From positions 1 to 41,380 of the forward strand of contig NIVC01004583.1 in NCBI GenBank assembly GCA_002269645.1: a stretch of DNA of 41,380 bases. The letters are read 5' to 3'. This DNA comes from Macrostomum lignano (taxonomy: Eukaryota). The notes below the pieces were generated by a model. The model was given only the letters and a program-made list of their open reading frames with translations, ran no database searches and was not told the DNA's origin. The position numbers and the translations under genes are program-made. The first letter of the stretch is position 1; each line of letters starts with the position of its first letter. Shown here piece after piece: positions 19,667 to 29,866 of the stretch.

Positions 19667-22600
19667 CTATGGACGGAGGGTTGGCGCCGCCCAGGGGGGT
19701 CCCCCAGTGTCGCCAGCAGCTATGGTGCTCTCTGGAAAGGAGAGTTCAGCCCTGCGGGTGGCCCGAAGGTAGCGCATGAGCTGATTAAAGTTTTCGGGTT
19801 TGCACGCTTCAGTAATAGATGTGTGTGGCCCGAGGTAAGTGAGTCTGGCCCGCGTGAAGGCGGGACAGATGCTGACGAAATGCTCAGCGGTTTCGTCACC
19901 TGAGTTGCAGAAACTACAGGTGGCGTTGGTGGCGTTGCCCTGCAGGTACTGGTGCCTGGAGAAGCAGCCGTGACCAGAGAGGGTCATGGTGGCAGCCCGG
20001 ATGTCTCTGCGCGAGAGGCGCAAGAGGAGCTTCCGGAGCTGGTGAGAGGGCTGAGGGACAGCGCCTCTGGATTGCCTGCAGGTAGTGCAGTTCGCCCAAG
20101 TCGAGCGATGCTGGGTCCTGATCCACGCTTTGATGCGCGAGTCGATGACACAGCCAGGAATCGGGACAAGGGTTCGGGACCGAGAGAGGAGCCGGAGGCA
20201 CCAACTTTTGCAAGGGTGTCAGCCAACTCATTTCCTCGGATCCCCACATGCCCCGGAACCCACTTAAGGGTAATTTTGTTGGTGGAACCCAACACGTTGA
20301 GGAGTTTGATACAGTCGAGGACTGTAGCAGAGTTGGTGCTGCAGCCACTGATGGCGTGCAAGGCAGCTTGGCTGTCCGAATGGAAAATGATGTTCTTACC
20401 AGTAACGCCAGTGGCGAGAAGCTCTGCAGTGCAGGAGCTGATGGCCAGAACTTCATTTTGGAAAACACTGGAGTTGACCCCAGTGTATTGAGCGTGGGTA
20501 GCGATGACCCTCCCGTTCAGAAAGATTCCAACACCAAAGCCGGTGTTGGCTGACTGCTTAGAACCGTCGGTGTAGCAATGAAGCTCACCAAGGTTCCATT
20601 GGTCATTGATGTTATCGCGCGAGTCGATAGCTACGCAGTAGCGCTGTCTCAGGTTGAGCGTTGAGGCAATGCCATCGGTGAAGACGCGATTGGCCTGACA
20701 CTCGTTGAGAAAGTTGAGGCACAGGTCGCTATGCGGGACAAGGTTCCGCTTAGCAGGTGCTCTCATGTAAATGAATTTGACGCCGGCATCAATTAGACGC
20801 CGCGTCGTTCTAGCCGCCTCACCCCTGACGAAGAGGTCAAGAGGCGGTAGATTAAGGAAGGCCCCCATGCCAGCAAAGGGCGTGGACCTGGTGGCATTGC
20901 AGATGAGCCTACACGCTCTGCCTTGGATCCTGTTGAGCAGGTCTGCATGGCTTTTGACCTGGGTAGCGCTAACCCAGACAACCGAGGCGTACGTAATGGC
21001 AGGTCTAACAACGGAAGTATAGATCCACCAAAGCCGCTTTGGGGATAGACCCCAAGAAGTGCCAAGTGCTCGTCGGAGCTGGGCCAGGATGGCTGAGGCA
21101 CGCTTGGCTTTTGCTTTCACGTGGAAGGACCAGTTGAGCCTGTGGTCAAGTGTGACCCCGAGACATCTGGTCTGGTGCGCGAAGGCAATATCTCTGCCGT
21201 AGAGCTGCAGAGGACGTATGTTCCAGCGTAGTCTGCTGGTAAACATAATGGCAACGGTTTTGGGCTCAGAGAGTTCCAGACCATTGTCATTGGCCCAGGA
21301 TTCTGCTTTGCGGATAAAGCTCTGCATCAGATCCCTGAGCGTGCTGGGAGACGGTCCTGCCACAATGGCCGTGACGTCATCAGCATACCCGACTTTGAAG
21401 ACGGGGTCGGGTCGGGAGTCACTCAGAAGAGCGTCCATGACCAGGTTCCAGAGCGTCGAGGTGAGGACTCCGCCTTGGGGTCCACCCTTACAGACTCTGG
21501 TGGAGGCAGTTTGCCCAAGAAGTTGGGCAGTGACCGTACGGTTGGAGATCATGTACATGATCCACCGTATGAGGGTAGCATGAGCTTTGCGATTTTGAAG
21601 GGCCCTCTGAAACGCTTCAAAGATAACGTTGTCGAAGGCGCCAACAATGTCAAGAAAGAGAGCCAGGGCGTAACCGTCACCCAGTACCGCCCGTTCAATC
21701 TTCTCGACAATCGCATGCAGGGCGCTGTCAGTCGACCTCCCGGTACGGAAGGCGTGCTGATTATTGCTGAGGGGCATCGCTGTCAGCTCGCAGGAGAGCA
21801 GCCGCCAGAGAATAAGCCTCTCAGTGAGCTTAAGCATTGCTGACGTTAAGCTAATAGGCCGGAAGGCCTTGACGCTTTGGTAGTCACCCTTCCCACGTTT
21901 GGGAATAAAGACTACCCGAGCTTCAGTCCAGCATTTGGAAACGTATCCCAGCTGGATAGAGGCCCGCATAAGATTGCGGGTGAGTCTCAGGAACGAGGGT
22001 ATCTTGGCTGCTTCACGAAGGAGAACAGGGTAGATACTATCAGGTCCAGGAGATTTGAAGGGTTTGAAGGTTCTGACCGCACGAGGGATTAGGTCTTCAG
22101 TGACAATGCCCGCCGCTAGGGTGGCTCCATCCATCGAATGGTTGGGCTCCGGTCTAGCAGTAGGTACCCTCGGGAAGAATGTGCTAAGCATATGCTGAAG
22201 CACTTCTTCAGGGTCTTTAGTAAGAGAGCCATCATCTTTTTTGATCATGGCTAATTTGGACATTTTGTCCATTGTAAGGGCCTTGACAAGCCTAGAAGTA
22301 GGTCTGTCTTGATCCAATTCATTGCAGAATTGGCGCTACTTACATTCCTTGGCCTTGCGCACTTCAGATTTGAAATTGCGGGAGGCTTGCCGGAAAAGCT
22401 CCATGTCCTCCGGGTTTCCGGTCTTCATGGCACGGCGATGAAGGCTTTTGGCCTTCCGCCTGAGTTTCCCCAGCTCCGGGTTCCACCACGGCGCCGAGGT
22501 CTTGCCTTTGTAGGCGCGAGCAGGACAAGCCGCTTCGTAGGCTGCAATAATGCAACCTGTCAGCGTCTCAGCCATATGATCCACATCCTCGCAGGTCTCA

Positions 22601-23402
22601 ATCGGTCGTAAGTCCGTGAGTTCCTGCAGGTTCAGATCAAGGGCAGCCTTGTAGGCCGCCCAATCAGTGTTGCGGATATTGCGTCTCCAAGTGATCGGAG
22701 ACTGGGTTTTAGTGTCCGCGATGTTAAAGGCGATAAAGCAGTGGTCGGACAGGGAGGGCTCCTCAGACCAGACTCTCCACTCCTCAACTCTGTCAAAGAG
22801 TCTTGGGTAACGAGTGTGGCGTCGAGGACCTCGGTCCATCTGCCATTATTAAAGGTAGGAGTGCTGCCGCGGTTGCAGAGCATGAGGTTTGTGTTAGAGA
22901 TGAGGGCCAGAAGCTCCTCTCTAGTGTTGGTATCTTTGCTGCCCCAGTGCTTGTGGTGCGCGTTAAGGTCGCCCCCTAAGCACAGCTCAGCGTTCTGGGA
23001 CTCGCAGTACTGCGCAAGGCGCAGTAAACTCTCGGGAGCAGGGTCTCTGTCGCCTGGGATATAAACCGAGGCAACAAGACACGTACGCGGAGAGAAATGA
23101 TTAGATTGGATGACGCAAAGCTCTCCATCAGAGAGATCAGTCCTCAGCCAAGCCTGGAGATGGCTAGCAGCGAGGATAGCCGCTCTAGGGCGGCTGTTCC
23201 CCGGGCCACACACATAAAAATCAGAGTAGCCAGAGGGAATGTTGGGCAACTTACCGTTGCGCATCCAGGGTTCCTGGATCAGGATGAGGCCTGGCCTGTA
23301 CAGCTCAGCAATCTTCATCAGATTTACTGACGCAGATACGCAATGCTGTAAATTAATTTGCAGACAGAATGTCGCTCCTTTGGCAGCGTGGAGCTTAGTC
23401 AT
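19667..23402 (-). pseudogene. LINE ORF2: AP endonuclease, reverse transcriptase, RNase H; 2 frameshifts and 1 nonsense codon
   Basis: QINLQH..LIQEPW..SVYIP..GGDLNAHH..SDH (APE); KSPGPD..RPISL..GGPQGGVL..YADD (RT); YTDGS..QNEV..SDSQAA..WVPGH..NELAD (RNase H). Shifts at ~22800 and ~20180; in-frame TAG at 22336-22338 where Trp is expected. Confidence 0.93.
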
Positions 23403-23425
23403 ACTGTATTAAATGCAATGTCTGG

Positions 23426-24322
23426 CTAGAGCCCAGGGCCATCAAGGAGACTTGGACAACAGATCGTCCTCGTCCCAGGCCGCTGGGGCTTGACTGGGAG
23501 ATGGGAGTTGGTCGACGTCCATGGCCTCCTCACCCCCACCGGCCCCCCAGCAGAGTCCTCAGGCTCCGATGACAGGATGGAGGAAGCTTCCTCCCCTGCA
23601 TCTTTACCTTCAGACCCCACCAGGGTGGCCGAGGAGAGCTCGGATTCCGAAGACCCGGCCTCGTCCTCAACTCCTTCTCCGACTGGCAGGTTTGGTTCCC
23701 GGGGCTTGGCCGGAGCCGTTACCGCGGTCGCCGAACTGCTGCTAGCAGAGGGGCGAGATGCAGCTTTGGCTTTGGGATCGGCTTGCGCCTTTCCTTGGGC
23801 CTTAGACTGCGCCCCGCTCTTGCCGGAGATGCCGGGGTTGGCAGTAGCCTTCCCTTTGGCAGACTTTCCTCGGCGCATCTTGAGCTTGAGGGCACCCAGC
23901 TGGAAAGAGGATCCATTAGGGTACCGACTCGCCCAAGTGCTGGAAAGGCCGAGGACAATTGAGTTGCCCGTCTCCCCCCTGCGGACTCGGCGGTGATACA
24001 CCAGTCCACTAGCAGGGAGGTCGGGGTTCAGACGCAGTAGGACCCGGCGGATAACGTCTGGTCCAGCTGCGGTGCTCTTAGCAGGGACGAAAACCACATA
24101 GGGTATCGTCTTTGGACGCTGGCCCTCGCGAAGAAAAAGAGCTCCGCCAAGGTCAGCATCCAAGGAGATCTTGCCTGTTTCTGCAGATCCCAATATTTCA
24201 TTAAAATCATTCAGATTGCTTTCCGTTTCGCAAATGTTCGAAGTGTCAAATTGTTTGTTATGTTTATGTTTCAATTCTGCACTGTGGAGTGTCTCTGCAG
24301 AAACGTTGGAAGGAACGCTCAC
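23426..24322 (-). CDS. LINE ORF1 (gag-like, DUF4780-type domain); probable frameshift in a G-run near 23545
   Basis: Positioned directly upstream of ORF2. The YVVFVP..IRRVLLRLNPDL..IVLGL..FQLGALKLK domain is followed by a low-complexity tail. A shifted frame gives an acidic end AWDEDDLLSKSP* (stop 23442-23444). Confidence 0.7.
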   Translation of the reverse strand: MSVPSNVSAETLHSAELKHKHNKQFDTSNICETESNLNDFNEILGSAETGKISLDADLGGALFLREGQRPKTIPYVVFVPAKSTAAGPDVIRRVLLRLNPDLPASGLVYHRRVRRGETGNSIVLGLSSTWASRYPNGSSFQLGALKLKMRRGKSAKGKATANPGISGKSGAQSKAQGKAQADPKAKAASRPSASSSSATAVTAPAKPREPNLPVGEGVEDEAGSSESELSSATLVGSEGKDAGEEASSILSSEPEDSAGGPVGVRRPWTSTNSHLPVKPQRPGTRTICCPSLLDGPGL

Positions 24323-24434
24323 AAAACAGAAGACAACAGATGAGAAAAGGAGACAATTTATTTTGGCGAAGTTAAGTTTTTTCCTGCCAGGCGCTACTGC
24401 TAGTCAGTAGAAAGTAACGTTCTTCTTCTTCTCT

Positions 24435-25218
24435 CAGGGGCGTCGCCAACGGGGGGACAGGGGGGACAGGTCCCCTCCAGTAAAAGATCTGGGGGGACAT
24501 ACCAATGCTTTGTCCCCCTCACCCCCACCTTGTGGCCCGTTGTGAAAATCAATAACTTTTGGTGCCTGTGGCGCTAAAATGAGTGCCTGCGGCGCTAAAA
24601 TGGTGCCTGTGGCGCTAAAATGAGTGCCTGTGGCGCTAAAATGAGTGCCTGCGGCGCTAAAATGGTGCCTATGGCGCTAAAATGAGTGCCTGCGGCGCTA
24701 AAATGGTGGTGTGGCGCTAAAATGAGTGCTTGCGGCGCTGAAATGAGTGCCTGTGGCGCTGAAATGAGTGCCTGTGGCGCTGAAATGAGTGCCTGTGGTG
24801 CTGAAATGAGTGCCTGCGGCGCTAAAATGAGTGCCTGCGGCGCTAAAATGAGTGCCTGCGGCGCTGAAATGAGTGCCTGCGGTGCTGAAATGAGTGCCTG
24901 CGGCGCTAAAATGGTGGTGTGGCGCTAAAATGAGTGCTTGCGGCGCTGAAATGAGTGCCTGTGGCCTGAAATGAGTGCCTGCGGCGCTGAAATGAGTGCC
25001 TGTGGCGCTGAAATGAGTGCCTGCGGCGCTAAAATGAGTGCCTGCGGCGCTAAAATGAGTGCCTGCGGCGCTAAAATGAGTGCCTGCAGTGCTATAATGA
25101 GTGCTGAAAACACCGATTATGAAAATAATGTACATGTAGGAATTTCGTCGCGTACATGTATATCTAGAATTCTTGGCTTTGTCCCCCCCCCACCATAAAA
25201 TCCGTGGCGACGCTTTCG
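24435..25218. mobile_element. hAT-type non-autonomous element (784 bp) with internal 21-bp minisatellite
   Basis: Left TIR CAGGGGCGTCGCCAACGG; right TIR CCGTGGCGACGC(tttcg), degenerate at the tip. 8-bp flanks are TCTTCTCT and TATTCTCT (7/8). The internal array spans ~24560-25108, unit GGCGCTRAAATGAGTGCCTGY. Confidence 0.75.
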
Positions 25219-25233
25219 TATTCTCTTATTTGA

Positions 25234-25310
25234 GGTAGAGCAGCTCAGGGGTAAACGAGTCTAGCTCCCGAGCCACCCGCGGCCACCTGGTTCGCTTCAG
25301 TGCGCGCGGC
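25234..25310 (+). other. Possible tRNA-derived SINE head or tRNA pseudogene
   Basis: A-box-like AGCTCAGGGGTA (25242) and B-box-like GGTTCGCTTC (25289) are at tRNA-like spacing, but there is no acceptor stem. Confidence 0.3.
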
Positions 25311-26258
25311 CTCATTCATTCAGTTTGAGGGCCAGCTTCCAAGGCACAGAGAGTGCACATGCAGCTGTACACCCTGTGTAGACCGTTGTGTGAATGCGAG
25401 CCTGCGTACAGCATTGGTGCGCTTGTGTGTTGAACAGGAGCTCCAATTCTGGTTTTCAATCATGTGCCGAGATTCCATTAATAAACAACAGGACACGCTG
25501 CAAAAGAAGAAGCTATGCAGTGTTTTTAATCATCAAGTTTGCTGAATAGACACCTGACAATAAGCTTCGACATCTGAACACGAGAATAATCATCATCTGA
25601 GCGATTTGTGAGGCTTGTGAAGCAGAAGGTGAAAATCCAAGAGATCCGCACAGCTTGTACTGTCGTGGCTACAGCTAATACAGCCTGACTTCAGCTTGAG
25701 AATACATTGCATTATAGCCTGCCTATAGATCCGTGCCGATCCCATTCAGTGTATTGGAGAAGGGCATTGAGAAGTGTATTCTATGTACCTTCAACTCAGA
25801 CAGTGAGACTGTCTTCGGCCTGCCCCCAGCCCGCCCTAATAAATAATAAACTGACAAGTCGTGTCAAGCCTGTACGGAAGAGCTGAGCAGTTCAGATGCA
25901 GCTGGAAGCGGCATCAACTCCAGTCTGTTTCTATGGCACTGGGGGTCTTGGAGTTAATCACAGCTTTTAGCCCCGAATAAGCACCGCCTGACATCTCAGT
26001 GGGGGTGACGCCATTAGACCATTTGGTTGGCCTGCCCGGGGCTGGGTCAGGAACGCAGCTGACAGGAAACTCCTTAGCTGCCTCTCAAGTTATATCTGTG
26101 TATTAATGCTTGTTTATTTGCGACAGGCTTCCGTGCTGGCTTCAGTTCCCTGCCAGCATGAATAATTAGACAGTTGAGTCCCGGTGCACGTGCCTTGGGC
26201 CTCACTGGCTTTGAGGGGCTCCAGGCCTGGGGCAAAACTCTTTTCATGACTTGCCGAC

Positions 26259-26287
26259 GATAGATGATAGATAGATAGATAGATAGT

Positions 26288-26336
<49 letters not shown>

Positions 26337-26339
26337 TAG

Positions 26340-26390
<51 letters not shown>
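26259..26390. repeat. (GATA)n microsatellite
   Basis: Direct reading. Confidence 0.98.
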
Positions 26391-26583
26391 TCTCACAATC
26401 CGTTCTACTCATTCCTCATTGGCTGCTCACTTTTCCCAGACAGTCGCTGAGTGGCTAAAACTCTCTGTTAGCTTGCAGAAGATCCACTTTGCTCAAGGTT
26501 GTAGTTGACCCTACTCAGGGCCAAGCATCCGGATATGAAGGCATGTTTTTAATCTAATAATTCGAGTTTCGACTGACTTCCCG

Positions 26584-29500
26584 ATGTTGAGCAAGTGGCT
26601 GATTCCTGTACTCTGCTGGATGTCGGTGAGGTGAGCGGAGAAATCCTTTACTCACTCCTCACTGCTAACATTTCAGACTTTTGGGACTTTGTAGTCTTCA
26701 CTATTTCCTTTTTCCTACTTTATTTCTCCTATATCTCCACTCTCCCTCTCGCCAGTCCCACTCTACCTCTCGCCAGTCCCACTCACCTCTCGCCAGTCCC
26801 ACTCTACTCCTCTCCACTCCCACTTTACCTCTCGCCAGTCCCACTCTACCCCTCTCCACTCCCACTCTACCTCTCGCCAGTCCCACTCTACCCCTCTCCA
26901 CTCCCACTCTACCTCTCGCCAGTCCCACTCTACCCCTCTCCACTCCCACTCTACCTCTCTCCACTCCCACTCTAGTTATCCGAAATGCGCATGGGCTGGC
27001 TTTGAGACCGTCAACCCCGATTCGCACCGCAGCTCAGGGGAGCCGCGGCCACCCCCGCGCAGCCGTCTCGACGCAGCCGCGGTCTCCGCCAACGCCTCCC
27101 AGCTGGTTCGCATCTCCCGGGTGCTCGACCAGATGCTCAACAGCAGCCGGTACGACAGCAACCTGCGGCCTGGGCTGGAGTTCAAGCTTAACAACCTGAC
27201 TGGGGAAAGAGAGGTTATCGGTGAGCTGCTCCTCTGGATCAACGCCTAGCACTCGTTCAGTTACTGGCCAAGCACTAATGGTAGTGTGATCAGCAGCACA
27301 CAGACTGGGTGTCAATGCCTGCCTTGATGTATTATTTTATTAAACTTGCAGAGAGGGGGAGAGGGAGAAAGGGAGAGGAGAGGGAGTGAGAGATAGAGAG
27401 GGGAGAGGGGAGAGGAGGAAAAAAGGAGAGAGAAGAGAGGGAGAGAGGATGAGGGGAGAGGGCAAGGAGAAGACAGGGAGAGAGGGGAGAGGGCAAGGAG
27501 AAGACAGGGAGAGAGGGGAGAGGGCAAGGAGAAGACAGGGAGAGGGCAAGGAGAAGACAGGGAGAGAGGGGAGAGGGCAAGGAGAAGACAGGGAGAGGGC
27601 AAGGAGAAGACAGGGAGAGAGGGGAGAGGGCAAGGAGAAGACAGGGAGAGGGCAAGGAGAAGACAGGGAGAGAGGGGAGAGGGCAAGGAGAAGACAGGGA
27701 GAGAGGGGAGAGGGCAAGGAGAAGACAGGGAGAGAGGGGAGAGGGCAAGGAGAAGACAGGGAGAGAGGGGAGAGGGAAAGGAGAAGACAGGGAGAGAGGG
27801 GAGAGGGCAAGGAGAAGACAGGGAGAGAGGGGAGAGGGCAAGGAGAAGACAGGGAGAGAGGGGAGAGGGCAAGGAGAAGACAGGGAGAGAGGGGAGAGGG
27901 CAAGGAGAAGACAGGGAGAGACGGGAGAGGGCAAGGAGAAGACAGGGAGAGAGGGGAGAGGGAAAGGAGAAGACAGGGAGAGAGGGGAGAGGGAAAGGAG
28001 AAGACAGGGAGAGAGGGGAGAGGGCAAGGAGAAGACAGGGAGAGGGCAAGGAGAAGACAGGGAGAGAGGGGAGAGGGCAAGGAGAAGACAGGGAGAGGGC
28101 AAGGAGAAGACAGGGAGAGAGGGGAGAGGGAAAGGAGAAGACAGGGAGAGAGGGAGAGGGAAAGGAGAAGACAGGGAGAGAGGGGAGAGGGCAAGGAGAA
28201 GACAGGGAGAGGGCAAGGAGAAGACAGGGAGAGAGGGGAGAGGGCAAGGAGAAGACAGGGAGAGAGGGGAGAGGGAAAGGAGAAGAGAGGGAGAGAGGGG
28301 AGAGGGAAAGGAGAAGAGAGGGAGAGAGGGAGAGACATGGTGAGCAAAGGAAACAGCTGATGCAGCACAGAAGCAAGCATGCAGGCCCACACACAAATTT
28401 GGCAGCAAAATGCATTCCAAGCTATCAGGCATAAAGCCGCAGGGCCTGCAATGCATTGAACGAGCATTTAGCAGACACAAAGGAAAAGTGCCTGCACTGC
28501 TGGAGAGTTTCTGGTGTTGACCCTGCCAAGTCTAGGCTGACTTAAGCAGGATTAAAAAATTCAAGCCATTCCTGCTCTCTGCGTTGACTGCGAAGATAGC
28601 TTCTGCATAGATATTATCATAGATATTTTCTGGTTAAACTGCTTTTCCTCCAGTCCGAGTGTACTTTTGCTTAATCCAAGAAAATTTCTCAAGCAACCGC
28701 TTCAGCAGCTCTGCATGTTTAAAGGAAATAAATGGCTCTTCAACAATGAGAAATTCGAATAGAAGTGAAATGTAAAAATGCTGGATAAGTTTTGAAGCGG
28801 TTATTTGCGGTGCGGCTCGCATCGCAGGGCATGAAGCCGGATTGCCGGGTTGAGGTGAGCCGAAAGCGGATTAGCAAATCCCATTGGCAAACCGGGAGTT
28901 GTTTATCCCCAGGCCCAGGAGACTCAGATGGGGACTGGCTGCTCACAGTGAGTTTGGAAAACCACCTCAACTAAGACCGACCCGTGTCGTTCATCATTTT
29001 CAACTCGGTGTCAAAATCCCAGAGATTGGGATCGCGGGCCCGACAGTATGGCGGGCGAAGTTGGCGCTGAGATGCCGCTCCGCTGCTCAAGTAGAGGCAC
29101 AGCAGAGCGAAGAGTCAGAAAGTAAGACTGGAGCTTCGTTCTTGAATGTAAACTTTACTGCTCAGGCTGCGAGCTACGAGCTTTCGCTCTGATCCCGAAA
29201 AATTTGTGAAGCGAGCCCGGGGTCGGCTCGGAAATAACTTATGGAAATTTTAGCGGTGAAGTCTTGTTGGCTGAGACATGGGCGAGTGTGCGTGGGAATA
29301 ATCTGGCTGGGGCTTAGCGGGACAACAGACTCAAAATGAGTCACAGTTTAATTGTGATTAACAGGCCACTCCATGCTTGAATTAATTTTGTCAGCCTTTC
29401 TTGGCAAGTGGAGTTACTAAAGTACATAAAGGACGTAACATGAGTAACTACTTTTATATGACAGATCACATAAGGTGTCTTCGCACAAACTTTTAATAAC

Positions 29501-29789
29501 ACAGAGGTTAAAGCAATACTATTAATCCACTTTCTCTTCCCTCCAGATGACGACCCGGTGGCGGTGTCAGTGAACATGCTCATCAAAAACCTCGGACCGA
29601 TTGACGAGGAGAAAATGGTATTCAAATAATTATCGCTCCTAATACTGTGTGTTATCCAACACTCTTAGTGTAAGATTCTAAAGCTGGAAAATAGATCCAG
29701 AGTGATACGAGAGAGACAGACAGACAGGCAGACAGAAAGACAGACAGACAGACAGACAGACATACAGACAGACAGACAGACAGACAGAC

Positions 29790-29866
<77 letters not shown>

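Larger units (their letters stand above)
19565..24430 (-). mobile_element. Near full-length non-LTR retrotransposon, LOA/Lian-like (ORF1 + APE-RT-RNase H)
   Basis: Two-ORF layout with an RNase H-containing ORF2, a C-terminal CSFC..ETAEHFVSIC zinc-knuckle-like motif and a short-repeat 3' tail (AGTCA/AAGT, 19565-19584). The 5' limit is approximate. Confidence 0.92.

Noticed and set aside
19914-23996. Numerous plus-strand and alternative-frame ORFs over the LINE
   Set aside because: Shadow ORFs of GC-rich LINE coding sequence with no recognisable motifs.
24686-25198. Several ORFs with AEMSACG/AAGTHFS repeats
   Set aside because: Artefacts of a stop-free 21-bp minisatellite inside a non-autonomous transposon.
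27312-28480. Four 324-382 aa ORFs (LSP-rich or RGE-rich)
   Set aside because: Products of the purine-rich intronic minisatellite.
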